Assembly: GCA_965249505.1 (NCBI GenBank)
Contig: OZ252238.1
Location: forward strand, 2,011,273 to 2,075,272
Direction of reading: 5' to 3'
Source of the DNA: Dehalococcoidia bacterium
GTDB lineage: Bacteria; Chloroflexota; Dehalococcoidia; Lucifugimonadales; Lucifugimonadaceae
Length of the DNA stretch: 64,000 nucleotides
The position numbers were made by a program, and so were the translations under genes. Below are positions 36,422-46,525 of this stretch, one piece after another. Below the pieces are notes generated by a model. It did not search any database. It was not told where the DNA came from and saw only the letters and a program-made list of their open reading frames with translations. Position 1 is the first letter of the stretch. Each line of letters starts with the position of its first letter.

Positions 36422-37276
36422 TCACTCGTTCCAAACTCCAGAGAAAACCTCCACCGCCGGACCTTCCAAAAAGGCTTCGTCGTGTTCATCCCACGATATC
36501 CGCAGGACACCTCCATCCACGATTACATCCACGGCGTCATCCACCAATCCCAGCTTCCGTGCTGCGGATGCTGACGCGGTGCTCCCCGTCCCCGACGACA
36601 ACGTCTCGCCTGCTCCCCGTTCGAATATCCGAGCCCGAATCCTATCTCTAGCCACCACGTTCACAACTTCGAAGTTGATGCGTTGAGGGAACATGACGTG
36701 ATTCTCTACCAGCGGACCAACTTTTAGAAGCGGAAATTCTTCCACCGGATCATCCATGATCGCCACCGCGTGCGGATTGCCAACCCCAAGACACGTCAGC
36801 TCAAGTTTCTGGCCTCCAATCTCAATCGGTTCGGCGATTAGTTCATGCTTATCAGTCAAGCCCGACGTGTCCGCTGGCACCTCCGAGGCCACAAACGTCG
36901 CCTGGCCCATCGCAACCCGTGCCGAAGCGACTCGCCCATTCTCCATCGTGGGCCAAACCGTGCGAACGCCGCCCAACGTCTCCACGCTGAGCTGGCCATC
37001 TTCGACATCCGCGTAACCACGATCGATCACGAACTTGGCGAAAAGCCGAATGCCGTTCCCACTCATCTCAGCTTCGGAGCCATCCGGATTGAACACACGC
37101 ATCCTGACTTGGGCGATATATGAATCCTGAAGCAACACGATGCCATCAGAGCCGACTCCAAACGCTGGCCTACTCATCTCGACCGTAAGCGCCGCCCAAT
37201 CTCTTTTGAGCGCTCTACCGTCTACAGCTATGTAGTCGTTTCCGCAACCGTGCAGTTTTGCGAATTCAATCGCCAT
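36422..37276 (-). CDS. dapF: Diaminopimelate epimerase
   Basis: 284-aa ORF with FAKLHGCGNDY at the N-terminus, a second active-site Cys region (ERGAGETLSSGTG) and a two-domain size. Confidence 0.9.
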   Translation of the reverse strand: MAIEFAKLHGCGNDYIAVDGRALKRDWAALTVEMSRPAFGVGSDGIVLLQDSYIAQVRMRVFNPDGSEAEMSGNGIRLFAKFVIDRGYADVEDGQLSVETLGGVRTVWPTMENGRVASARVAMGQATFVASEVPADTSGLTDKHELIAEPIEIGGQKLELTCLGVGNPHAVAIMDDPVEEFPLLKVGPLVENHVMFPQRINFEVVNVVARDRIRARIFERGAGETLSSGTGSTASASAARKLGLVDDAVDVIVDGGVLRISWDEHDEAFLEGPAVEVFSGVWNE

Positions 37277-37319
37277 TCACAATCTCTCCGATCGAAACAC
37301 TGGTGGATGAACCCCGATT

Positions 37320-38291
37320 TTATCCCTCGCCGATGTCTAAATCGTTTCCACTCAACCAGTCAGACACCATCCGTTTGGCGACCTCAAACGAGTCGACGCT
37401 GGTCACATCGATCCATTTGATTCGGTCATCACTCGGTTTAAACCAATTGTGCTGGGCTCCGATGAGCCGGTTGGTCGCAATAATGATCTCCTCTCGCATC
37501 TCGTCGAAACCCAACTCGCCACGCAGATGCCTGGCCACTTGCCGGTACCCAATCGCAGACATCGAAGGCTCGTCGAAATCGGTTCCTCGGTTGATCAAAC
37601 CATCAACCTCTGTCAACCACCCGCACTCGATCATCTGGTCCAAACGTTCAGCCACTCGCGCATGCAGCACGTCCCTTGGGGCCGTCAGGCCGAGCACCAA
37701 AGCGTCGTACGGCGGATGGTCTGCTTTGCCTGCTCCGCCAGTTGCATCACCCGTTGCGTGCGCCCGTTCGATCGCCCTGATAACCCTCCTGGGATTCAGC
37801 ATCTCAACCCGCTGCGCCCCATCGGGGTCCAAGGTTCGGAGTCTTCGCTGAAGGGTTTCGAGTCCCTCTGCCTCCAACACTTGTTCCAGCTCGCTCCTCA
37901 ACGTCTCATCCGGTGGTATCTCCGGCACCCGCCATCCCTCTAGCAAACCCCAAACATACTGACCCGATCCACCCGCCAATATAGGCAATGCTCCCCTTTC
38001 AGGTATTCCCTGCATCAACGCCCTCGCAAGATCGAGATACCGGCTCAGACTAAACCTTTCGTCGGGGTCGATTATGTCGACGATGTGATGCTGAACCAAT
38101 GCCTGCTCCTGCGGGCTCGGCTTCGCTGTGCCGATGTCCATTCCTCGGTATACGAGCCTCGAGTCGGCATTCACTATCTCGCCGCCGAACAGCTGCGCGA
38201 GCCGAATCGAAAGTGAAGTCTTGCCCACCGCGGTCGGGCCGACGAGCGACAAAACCTTGGGTTGAGATGCGTGAGCCGAATGAGTGGCCAC
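37320..38291 (-). CDS. miaA: tRNA dimethylallyltransferase
   Basis: It has the P-loop GPTAVGKTSLSI and ADSRLVYRGMDIGTAKP. The longest ORF (to 38360) would overlap the tpiA 3' end by 59 nt. GTG at 38291 gives a normal-length N-terminus with no overlap. Confidence 0.85.
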   Translation of the reverse strand: MATHSAHASQPKVLSLVGPTAVGKTSLSIRLAQLFGGEIVNADSRLVYRGMDIGTAKPSPQEQALVQHHIVDIIDPDERFSLSRYLDLARALMQGIPERGALPILAGGSGQYVWGLLEGWRVPEIPPDETLRSELEQVLEAEGLETLQRRLRTLDPDGAQRVEMLNPRRVIRAIERAHATGDATGGAGKADHPPYDALVLGLTAPRDVLHARVAERLDQMIECGWLTEVDGLINRGTDFDEPSMSAIGYRQVARHLRGELGFDEMREEIIIATNRLIGAQHNWFKPSDDRIKWIDVTSVDSFEVAKRMVSDWLSGNDLDIGEG

Positions 38292-38301
38292 GTGTAGAGG
38301 C

Positions 38302-39066
38302 TTAGTGAGAAACGGGAGTCCGTGCCAAGGATTGGACCATCGCCACGAAGTCATCAACAACCAGACTGGCCCCTCCTACCAACGCCCCGTCGATCGACTT
38401 GCTATTTGTGATCTCGCCAATGTTGTCCGGATTCGTGCTGCCGCCATAGATGATCCGAGTCTGCGACGCAGTTTCTTCGTCGCAGATCTCACCTAGTTCT
38501 TCTCTTATGGAAGCGACCATGTACTCGATCTGCCCAATCGTTGCTGGCGTACCGGTACCGATCGCCCAAACCGGTTCATAAGCGATGATTGATTTTGCAA
38601 CGTGACTAGGATCGCCGACGCTGTTCCGCAGTTGGCGCCTAACGAAACGCTCCGCCCTGCCCCGGTTTCGCTCCTCGGAGTCTTCTCCCACACACAAAAT
38701 CGGCGTCAAACCCGCCTCGCATAAAGCAGAGACCTTCGCCGCAACTTGGGCATCGGTCTCAGCAAAGTTCGCACGTCTCTCGGAGTGACCCACGATCACA
38801 TGAGTCACGATACCTTGCAACATGGAGGCCGAAATCTCGCCAGTTAAGGCGCCGCTCGGCTTCTCATTCACATTCTGCGCGCCCAATGAGACGTTGGTGT
38901 TGTGGACCACACCTGAGATGGGCCATAACGACACGAACGGAGGGCAAAGGATGGTTTCAACCGAGTCGAGCGCCCCGATGGCCCGACATATCCCCTGTGC
39001 AAGGGCCACCCCCGCTTCGGAGGTGGTGTTCATCTTCCAGTTGCCTGCGATTATCGGTTTACGCAG
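38302..39066 (-). CDS. tpiA: Triosephosphate isomerase, apparently initiating at a non-canonical CTG
   Basis: It has VGHSERR (catalytic His) and AYEPVWAIGTG (catalytic Glu). Upstream of the first ATG (39033) the frame reads TAA-ACG-CTG-CGT-AAA-CCG-ATA-ATC-GCA-GGC-AAC-TGG-AAG-ATG, i.e. stop-T-L-R-K-P-I-I-A-G-N-W-K-M. The conserved RKPIIAGNWK, which holds the catalytic Lys, is therefore encoded but has no ATG, GTG or TTG before it. GAAGGGG lies ~9 nt upstream of the CTG at 39066. Confidence 0.8.
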   Translation of the reverse strand: MRKPIIAGNWKMNTTSEAGVALAQGICRAIGALDSVETILCPPFVSLWPISGVVHNTNVSLGAQNVNEKPSGALTGEISASMLQGIVTHVIVGHSERRANFAETDAQVAAKVSALCEAGLTPILCVGEDSEERNRGRAERFVRRQLRNSVGDPSHVAKSIIAYEPVWAIGTGTPATIGQIEYMVASIREELGEICDEETASQTRIIYGGSTNPDNIGEITNSKSIDGALVGGASLVVDDFVAMVQSLARTPVSH

Positions 39067-39166
39067 CGTTTATCGCCCCTTCTGGATCTTCGCAGCGACG
39101 AAAAATTGCGTCCTTGATCGAAATTCGTCGCGATCCATTAAACCTTAACGGCGCGACGCTGCTTCG

Positions 39167-40357
39167 TCAACAGGTCTTAGCCAAAACCGCAATACCCGGT
39201 AGCAATTTCCCTTCGAGATACTCCAAGGACGCTCCGCCGCCCGTCGAAATATGCGTAAAAGCCTCTTCAAGCCCTAACGAAGCAATCGCTTCCACAGTGG
39301 AGCCGCCACCCGCGAGGGAGAATGAAGCTGAGTTCCTCGCAATGGAACGTGCAACAGCGGCCGTGCCCCTGCTGAACGACGGCCACTCGAACAATCCCAT
39401 CGGACCGTTCCAAATGATCTTGCGCGCGCCAGCCAATCTGCCGGTGAATTCGGCGATCGTCTCATCTCCTATGTCGAGAATGTACGAATCCTCGGGCACC
39501 GCATCCCTAGTCACGACTCGATGCGCTGAATCTTCGGAAAACTCGTCAGCCGCAACCAAGTCGGCGGGTAGCAACAACTTTTGAGCCACATCGGGATCGC
39601 CCAGTATCGAATCCGCCGCATCTGCTTCTTCTTTTGAAACTTCCGCTGCGCCAGATGGGAGTCCAATCACACATTGAAAGGCAGCGACCATTCCACCGCC
39701 GATCAATATCGATTCCACCTGTCGCGAGAGGTTCTTCACAACCACCAGCTTGTCAGCCACCTTGGCGCCACCCAAAACGGCGACAGTCGGATGTTCGTCA
39801 GACTCCAGCGCCCTGCTCAGCATCTCGATCTCAGATCGCATCAACAAGCCCGCGTACGGCTCCTTGTACCTTGCAATCCCGGCTATCGAGGCGTGCGATC
39901 GGTGCGAAGCGCCAAACGCGTCGTTGACGTAAATGTCGGCGAGACCTGCCAGCCGCGCTGCGAACTCAGAGTCGTTCGATTCCTCGCCCGGGTCAAAACG
40001 CAGGTTCTCAAGCATCGCCACATCGCCATCTCGCATCTCGCCTGACACGCTCTCCGGCACATCGCCGACCGGTCCGCCGGCAAACGTGACTGAGTCGCCC
40101 AGCAACTGCGCCATTCTCCGTCGGACGGGTTCAATGTTCAATCCTTCCACCACTCGACCATTCGGCCTCCCCAGGTGCGAACTCACCAGCACCTTCGCAC
40201 CCTGCGACCTTAGAAACTCGATCGTCGGCAACGAAGCCCGGATTCGACTGTCATCCGCGATCGCGGCGCTTCCTGGTCGAAACGTCACGTTCAGATCGGC
40301 GCGGACCAATACTCGCTTGCCAGAAAGGGCCAGATCTTCAATCCGCTTCAACCCCAC
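39167..40357 (-). CDS. pgk: Phosphoglycerate kinase
   Basis: 396-aa ORF with VLVRADLNV, SHLGRP and GGGASLEYLEGKxLPG signatures. Confidence 0.95.
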   Translation of the reverse strand: MGLKRIEDLALSGKRVLVRADLNVTFRPGSAAIADDSRIRASLPTIEFLRSQGAKVLVSSHLGRPNGRVVEGLNIEPVRRRMAQLLGDSVTFAGGPVGDVPESVSGEMRDGDVAMLENLRFDPGEESNDSEFAARLAGLADIYVNDAFGASHRSHASIAGIARYKEPYAGLLMRSEIEMLSRALESDEHPTVAVLGGAKVADKLVVVKNLSRQVESILIGGGMVAAFQCVIGLPSGAAEVSKEEADAADSILGDPDVAQKLLLPADLVAADEFSEDSAHRVVTRDAVPEDSYILDIGDETIAEFTGRLAGARKIIWNGPMGLFEWPSFSRGTAAVARSIARNSASFSLAGGGSTVEAIASLGLEEAFTHISTGGGASLEYLEGKLLPGIAVLAKTC

Positions 40358-40358
40358 G

Positions 40359-41417
40359 TCACGCCTCGGGCAGTAACTTCACGTCCGACAATTCATTCGC
40401 AAGATCCACCAGTTGTTGCGAAATTTCATCAGAGAAGCCCGCCTGACCTAGCAACTCTTCCCTTTCTCCGATTAACTCCTTCGTCTTCGTCAGAGTGAAT
40501 TCCCGACTTCCCAACTCCGTGGCCATCTCCACCAGCTGGTCGATGCTTGAAGGATCGATCACCCTCTGCATGTAGAGTTCGCCCGCGCGTCGGCGCGTGG
40601 TCGGATTCGACACAGAGTCGAAGAAGTGCGCTAATGGAAGCGTCTTCTTTTTGCCGATGATCCGTCCTTGCTGCACCGGGTCGCGCCCGCCCTCGCCAAA
40701 CAATCCCAAGAAGTCGGCAACAATCTGTTTCACAACGCCAATGTTCGTCCCAAATCGGCGTAGAGCCTCACCTCGCTTGTGATTCGAGTCGGCATCCGAA
40801 CCGAAAATCGAACCCAGCTCCGCCGCCGCGCCAAATAACGCCCCGTTTCTCCGCTCGGACATATCCATGAAGTCATCCACTGTGATTGCCGGGCGTTCTT
40901 GATACGAGACGTCCAGATACTCGCCCTCACACATTCGCAACGTCGCCGAATCGACGATCTCCAGCGCTCTCGACACTCGTTCGACCGGTTCTCCTTCGCC
41001 GTGCAGCCTGAACAACGATAAACGGGCCAAAGCATGCATCCCGTCCCCGGTGTTGATCGCCTGCGAGGGTCCCCACTTCCACCAAACCGAGCCACGACCA
41101 AATCGATCCGTGTTGCCATCTTGCACATCACCGTGGATCATCGCGAAGTTGTGTATCAGCTCCACCGAAACCGCGTACTTCAATGCTGGAGCGTAATCGC
41201 CTTGACACGCCATCGTCGTCGCTAACAGCAACTCACCGTGGAATCGCCTAGCCCGAGAAGTGTCGTCGGGAGCGCCAAGATCATCCGTCCAGCCCATCTG
41301 ATACTCCATCATCTTGTAGAGTTCCAGATCCCTGCCGCCGATAAACGACTTAATCTCGTCTTCGAGACGTTCCTCGGCGTCAGAGGGCAAAATCGCCGAG
41401 AGGTTCCCGGCTCTCAT
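40359..41417 (-). CDS. Polyprenyl synthase-fold protein with degenerate Asp-rich motifs
   Basis: 352-aa ORF that aligns by eye to trans-isoprenyl diphosphate synthases (VELIHNFAMIHGDVQDGNTDRFGRGSVWWKWG...AINTGD). The first motif reads GDVQD instead of DDxxD. The second reads QIVADFLG instead of QxxDDxxD. Confidence 0.65.
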   Translation of the reverse strand: MRAGNLSAILPSDAEERLEDEIKSFIGGRDLELYKMMEYQMGWTDDLGAPDDTSRARRFHGELLLATTMACQGDYAPALKYAVSVELIHNFAMIHGDVQDGNTDRFGRGSVWWKWGPSQAINTGDGMHALARLSLFRLHGEGEPVERVSRALEIVDSATLRMCEGEYLDVSYQERPAITVDDFMDMSERRNGALFGAAAELGSIFGSDADSNHKRGEALRRFGTNIGVVKQIVADFLGLFGEGGRDPVQQGRIIGKKKTLPLAHFFDSVSNPTTRRRAGELYMQRVIDPSSIDQLVEMATELGSREFTLTKTKELIGEREELLGQAGFSDEISQQLVDLANELSDVKLLPEA

Positions 41418-42106
41418 GCCGATCCCGCCCCAGATTCCGACTCGATTCCGAGTTCTTCAATCGAGATTGCACCCTCACGAACCACCGTCGGCCTGCCGCG
41501 AGTCATATCCACAACGGTCGACGGCTCGGATTCGTTTCCGCACTCACCATCAACCACCACATCGATTTCATCGCCGAAAGCAGCTATCAGTTCATCTGCG
41601 TCTTTGGTAGGTGGATCTCCGGACATATTGGCGCTCGTGCCAGTCACGCCTCCGCCAAACGCAGAGATCAGCCGCAGAGCGACCTCGTTATCCGGAATCC
41701 TGATTCCGACCGTACCAACGCCACCGTTGAGTTCGGCGGGGACGCGATCGCTGGCGGGCAGCACAATAGTCAATGCTCCCGGCCAAAACCTCTCTGCCAA
41801 CAACTGCGCATCCAATGGGAAATCGCCCACCAAGTCGGCGGCCTGGGAAATATTTGAAATCAAAACCGGCATCGGAACGCCGTCGGGACGTCGCTTTATC
41901 TTGAAAGCCCTTGTGATTGCGTTGCGGTTGCAAGCGTCGACTCCCAATGCGAAGAAGGTATCGGTGGGAAACGCCACCACTCCCCCGGATTTGAGGGCCC
42001 GAACCGCTGAATCGAATCTTTTTTCTGACAATTTAGCCTTTTTGACGTCATTTCCAACTAACGGGCAAATCCAACACAATGGTATATCGCCATCATTGGC
42101 CGACAT
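41414..42106 (-). CDS. tsaC: L-threonylcarbamoyladenylate synthase (YrdC/TsaC family)
   Basis: 230-aa ORF with GGVVAFPTDTFFALG, FKIKRRP, PGALT and SANMSG motifs. It has the YrdC domain only, with no Sua5 C-domain. Confidence 0.85.
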   Translation of the reverse strand: MSANDGDIPLCWICPLVGNDVKKAKLSEKRFDSAVRALKSGGVVAFPTDTFFALGVDACNRNAITRAFKIKRRPDGVPMPVLISNISQAADLVGDFPLDAQLLAERFWPGALTIVLPASDRVPAELNGGVGTVGIRIPDNEVALRLISAFGGGVTGTSANMSGDPPTKDADELIAAFGDEIDVVVDGECGNESEPSTVVDMTRGRPTVVREGAISIEELGIESESGAGSA

Positions 42107-42204
42107 CCTTCACCGTTCTCCGCATCAACCCGCGAGTTAGCGACTTCACCTGCTGAAACGGTTCAGCATCGGCGATAATTGGTTATGCGGAAACCCTCCT
42201 CCAG

Positions 42205-43872
42205 ATGAGCCCTGAAGAACAGCAAGTCGAAACCCGTCGAGTCGCCACGTCCGACGACATCGAGCTCAACACCTACCTGGAAATCGCCGAGGGCGACAGA
42301 CTGAGCGGCGATTCTCCTCAAGTTCCCTTCCGAACAGAGTCGATCGTCATTCTCGACTTCGGATCACAGTACAGCAGACTGATCGCCAGACGAGTGCGAG
42401 AATCCAATGTCTACTGCGAGATAATCCCTTTCGATGCACCCGCCGATGTGCTGCATGAACAGGATGTGAAGGGCATCATCCTAAGCGGAGGCCCCAACAG
42501 CGTCTACGACCACGGCGCTCCGATGGCGCCGGCTTGGGTATTTGACGCAGGCGTTCCAATCCTTGGCATCTGCTACGGCATGCAGCTGCTGGCGCACCAA
42601 CTCGGAGGGACAGTCGAAGCTGGCGCCGAGCGGGAGTACGGGCACGCCGTTCTGCGTCTCAACGGCACCGGTCACGATCTCTTCGCCGGACTGGACACCA
42701 CCACACCCGTATGGATGAGCCATGGCGACCGTATTGTCGATATGCCTCAGGGCTTCCAGTCGATGGCTTTTTCCGAAAACTCTCCATGTGCTGTGATGGG
42801 TAACAGCGAATTGAACGCTTACGGCATTCAGTTCCACCCCGAGGTGACCCACACCCGAGATGGTGGACAGATCATCCGGAACTTCATTCTCGGCATATGC
42901 GGAGCGGCAGGAACGTGGACGCCACAAAATTTCGTGCGCGACTCGGTGATCCGCATCAAACAGCAAGTGGGCGACGGAAAGGTCGTCTGCGCGCTCTCCG
43001 GCGGGGTCGACTCAGCTGTGGCAGCAGTCCTAATCCATCGAGCCATTGGCGATCGTCTCACCTGCATATTCGTAGATAACGGGCTCATGCGTCGTGGCGA
43101 AGCAGAGCGAGTACAAACGGTGTTCGCGAATCAACTTGGGGTGAACCTGCGTTTTGTCGACGGTTCGGAGTTGTTCCTCTCCGCCCTCAAAGGAGTGACG
43201 GACCCCGAGGAAAAGCGCCGAAGAATCGGCGAGGCTTTCATACGTATATTCGAAAAAGAGGCCAACGATATCGGAGAAGTCGACTTCTTGGCGCAAGGCA
43301 CCCTCTATCCCGATGTGATCGAGAGCGTCTCTCCAGAGAGCACGGCCGCACACAAGATCAAGACCCACCATAACGTCGGCGGTTTGCCCGAACAGATGGA
43401 TCTGAAACTCGTCGAGCCGCTCCGCCACTTGTTCAAAGACGAAGTCAGGAATGCCGGACGCGAGTTAGGGCTCGCCGAGCAATCGGTCAACCGTCAACCG
43501 TTCCCAGGTCCGGGTTTGGCCATTCGAATAATCGGTGAAGTGACGTTTGAAAAACTTGAGATACTTCGCGCCGCCGATTGGATTGTCGTCAACGAAATCA
43601 AGAAGGCCAATCTGTACGACCAGCTATGGCAGAGCTTCGCTGTATTGACCAACACCCAAAGCGTGGGAGTCATGGGCGATGCACGCACATATCAATACGT
43701 GGTCGCGGTTCGTGCCGTTGTCAGCAGCGACGCAATGACCGCCGATTGGGCTCGTCTGCCGTACGACACCATCGCCCGTATCTCGAATCGCATAGTCAAC
43801 GAAGTGCCGGAGGTCAACAGGGTGGTTCTCGACGTTACGAGCAAGCCTCCGGGCACAATCGAGTGGGAGTAG
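42205..43872 (+). CDS. guaA: GMP synthase (glutamine-hydrolysing)
   Basis: 555-aa ORF with a GATase domain ([14 protein letters not shown]) and an ATP-PPase domain (SGGVDSAV). The C-terminus is KPPGTIEWE. There is a ~45-aa N-terminal extension with no alternative in-frame start. Confidence 0.95.
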   Translation: MSPEEQQVETRRVATSDDIELNTYLEIAEGDRLSGDSPQVPFRTESIVILDFGSQYSRLIARRVRESNVYCEIIPFDAPADVLHEQDVKGIILSGGPNSVYDHGAPMAPAWVFDAGVPILGICYGMQLLAHQLGGTVEAGAEREYGHAVLRLNGTGHDLFAGLDTTTPVWMSHGDRIVDMPQGFQSMAFSENSPCAVMGNSELNAYGIQFHPEVTHTRDGGQIIRNFILGICGAAGTWTPQNFVRDSVIRIKQQVGDGKVVCALSGGVDSAVAAVLIHRAIGDRLTCIFVDNGLMRRGEAERVQTVFANQLGVNLRFVDGSELFLSALKGVTDPEEKRRRIGEAFIRIFEKEANDIGEVDFLAQGTLYPDVIESVSPESTAAHKIKTHHNVGGLPEQMDLKLVEPLRHLFKDEVRNAGRELGLAEQSVNRQPFPGPGLAIRIIGEVTFEKLEILRAADWIVVNEIKKANLYDQLWQSFAVLTNTQSVGVMGDARTYQYVVAVRAVVSSDAMTADWARLPYDTIARISNRIVNEVPEVNRVVLDVTSKPPGTIEWE

Positions 43873-43917
43873 CCCCGTCAAAGGCGCGTCAATTACTTGG
43901 ATGATGAAAGCCGTCGA

Positions 43918-45204
43918 ATGAAAATCCTAGTAGTCGGCTCAGGAGGCAGGGAACACGCGCTCACCTGGAAGCTCGCACAGAGTCCCTCGGTTGATAGTTT
44001 GATCGCCGCTCCCGGCAATCCCGGCGTCGCAGAATTCGCCGATCTAACTGATGTTGCTGCCGAAGATGTGCCCGTGTTGGTAGAACTTGCCAAAAACAAC
44101 GACATCGATCTCGTTGTCGTAGGGCCCGAAGTACCTCTTGTCGATGGATTAGCTGATCGACTTCAAGAAGAGGAAATCAAGGTTTTCGGACCATCTGCTG
44201 CCGCCGCACGCATCGAAGGCTCGAAGTCATGGGCCAACGATCTCATGTATCGGCATAGAATCCCCTGCCCTGCCAGCGCTTCATTCACCGAATCTGCTCG
44301 CGCCATTGGACACATCGAATCACAACCAGCTGGTTCCATCGTTGTAAAGGCCGACGGTCTTGCTGCGGGTAAAGGCGTAGTGGTGCCTGAAACCCCGTCT
44401 GACGCCATCGCGGCAGTTCATGCGGCGCTTGACGAGGGAGCATTCGGGCGCGCTGGGGCCAAGGTCGTGATCGAGGAGCGACTCACGGGAGAGGAGCTTA
44501 GCGTATTCGCGTTCGTCGATGGCGAACACGTCAGCAACTTGGTCGCTGCCCGCGACTACAAACGCGCATACGACGCTAACCAAGGCGCCAACACTGGCGG
44601 AATGGGTGCGTTCACTACGCCTGATCTTTATAGCGAGGACGAACTCGCAATCGTCAAATCGACGGTGTTGGAGCCGATAGCCCAAGCATTGGTTGAAGTG
44701 GGCTGCTCATATCAAGGCATCCTGTACGCCGGATTGATGCTGACCGACGACGGCCCGCAGGTGATCGAATTCAACTGCAGATTCGGCGATCCTGAGTGCG
44801 AACCCCTGATGATGAGGCTCGAATCCGATCTGGCAGAGATATGTTTAGCCACCGCCGAAGGCAATCTTGACTCGATCCAAGTCGTCTGGAACAACTCCGC
44901 GGCAGTTTCCGTAGTGGTCGTGTCTGAAGGCTATCCGGAGGCGTACGAAACGAGCTTCCCGATTGAAGGCGACCTCTCCACTACCGACGACTCGATCATC
45001 TTCCATGCTGGTACGGCACTGGATGAGCATGAGCGGTTGGTAACGGCCGGCGGAAGGGTCCTAGTCCCCACTGCCGTGTCCACCGACAGTCTCTCTGATG
45101 CACGAGATGCTGCATATCGCCGAGCATCCCTGATCGAATTTGAGGGTGCCAGATACAGGTCAGACATCGCAGCACAAGCCACGGCAGCGGCGGTAATGGG
45201 TTGA
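43918..45204 (+). CDS. purD: Phosphoribosylamine-glycine ligase
   Basis: MKILVVGSGGREHAL at the chosen ATG (the longest ORF starts at TTG 43897). ATP-grasp body. Confidence 0.95.
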   Translation: MKILVVGSGGREHALTWKLAQSPSVDSLIAAPGNPGVAEFADLTDVAAEDVPVLVELAKNNDIDLVVVGPEVPLVDGLADRLQEEEIKVFGPSAAAARIEGSKSWANDLMYRHRIPCPASASFTESARAIGHIESQPAGSIVVKADGLAAGKGVVVPETPSDAIAAVHAALDEGAFGRAGAKVVIEERLTGEELSVFAFVDGEHVSNLVAARDYKRAYDANQGANTGGMGAFTTPDLYSEDELAIVKSTVLEPIAQALVEVGCSYQGILYAGLMLTDDGPQVIEFNCRFGDPECEPLMMRLESDLAEICLATAEGNLDSIQVVWNNSAAVSVVVVSEGYPEAYETSFPIEGDLSTTDDSIIFHAGTALDEHERLVTAGGRVLVPTAVSTDSLSDARDAAYRRASLIEFEGARYRSDIAAQATAAAVMG

Positions 45205-45214
45205 AACGACCACA

Positions 45215-46525
45215 TTGATCCCTAGATACTCAAGACCCGAAATGTCTCGGATATGGTCCGAGGATCATATGTTCGACCTTTGGCTGAAGGTCGAGATCGC
45301 GGCTTGCGAAGCATGGGCCGACCTCGAAGTCATCTCCCCTAATGAACTTGAGAAGATCCGAAAAGCGAGCTTCTCACGTGCCGAGTACGACCGGAATTTC
45401 GAGGAAACCCGGCACGACATAGTCTCGTTTACTCGCTCCGTCACGACAAGCCTCGGCGAGGAAGGGCGATGGGTCCACCACGGCCTCACCTCGAACGACG
45501 TCAAAGACACGGCCCTGAGCATGCAGATGGCCGCGGCCACCGATCTCATCGTCAACGATATCGACGCGCTGACTGCAACTTTGCAAACCAGGGCAATCGA
45601 GTTCAAACACACACTTTGCATGGGCAGATCACACGGCATCCATGCAGAGCCTATGAGCTTCGGACTCAAACTCGCTCTATGGTGGTCCGAGATGCAGCGC
45701 AACCGTGATCGCTTGGCAGCCATGCGCGACAGGGTGTCCGTGGGAATGCTCTCGGGCCCAGTCGGCACCTTCGCCGGAATACCGCCTCAAATCGAAGAGA
45801 CGGTCTGTGCAAAGTTGGGACTTACGCCAGCTGAAGTCTCGAACCAGGTAATCCAGCGCGACCGCCATGCCGAATTCCTCCAGACATTCGCACTCCTAGC
45901 GGCATCGCTCGAAAAAATCGCCACCGAGATCCGCAGTCTTCAACGAACCGAAATCGGCGAAGTCGAAGAGCCCTTCGGAGAGCCTGGCTACGTCAGCAAA
46001 GGCTCATCCTCGATGCCGCACAAGCGCAATCCGGAACTCTCGGAGCGTGTCTGCGGCCTCGCTCGCGTTATAAGAGCCAACGCCATCGTCGGGCTCGAAA
46101 ACGTGGCACTGTGGCACGAGCGCGACATCTCCCACTCGTCTGCAGAGCGGGTCGTGTTGATAGACTCTTCGTTGGCCCTCGACTACACGTTGGATCTAGT
46201 CAACGGTGTCATCGGCGGTATGAAGGTCAAACCAGAGCGCATGATGCGCAACATGGAACTAACCCACGGTTTGGTCTTCTCGCCTCGGGTGATGCTGGCG
46301 CTGGTCGAGGAGGGCGTCGAACGGAACGCAGCGTACGATGCGGTCCAACGGTCCGCCATGCAAGCTCTAGAGACGCAATCCCAGTTCCGCGACATCGTTG
46401 CCGAAGAGCAACTCATTGCTGATCACCTGAGCGACGAACGTCTCGACGAACTCTTCGACTACTCCTTCTTCATCAGCGAAGTCGACTACATCTTCGCTAG
46501 ATCGGGACTCGAATCCGCGGCATGA
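45215..46525 (+). CDS. purB: Adenylosuccinate lyase
   Basis: 436-aa ORF with the fumarate-lyase signature GSSSMPHKRNP. Confidence 0.95.
   Translation: MIPRYSRPEMSRIWSEDHMFDLWLKVEIAACEAWADLEVISPNELEKIRKASFSRAEYDRNFEETRHDIVSFTRSVTTSLGEEGRWVHHGLTSNDVKDTALSMQMAAATDLIVNDIDALTATLQTRAIEFKHTLCMGRSHGIHAEPMSFGLKLALWWSEMQRNRDRLAAMRDRVSVGMLSGPVGTFAGIPPQIEETVCAKLGLTPAEVSNQVIQRDRHAEFLQTFALLAASLEKIATEIRSLQRTEIGEVEEPFGEPGYVSKGSSSMPHKRNPELSERVCGLARVIRANAIVGLENVALWHERDISHSSAERVVLIDSSLALDYTLDLVNGVIGGMKVKPERMMRNMELTHGLVFSPRVMLALVEEGVERNAAYDAVQRSAMQALETQSQFRDIVAEEQLIADHLSDERLDELFDYSFFISEVDYIFARSGLESAA

Noticed and set aside
41238-42140. 300-aa plus-strand ORF
   Set aside because: It is antisense to the tsaC/YrdC gene and to the start of the polyprenyl-synthase-like gene. 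Its S/P/T/A-rich low-complexity translation marks it as a shadow ORF.
42205-42340. The ~45-aa N-terminal extension of GuaA as a separate feature or a mis-called start
   Set aside because: No alternative in-frame ATG, GTG or TTG lies closer to the conserved [10 protein letters not shown]. The extension is probably real but unremarkable, and I cannot assign it a function.
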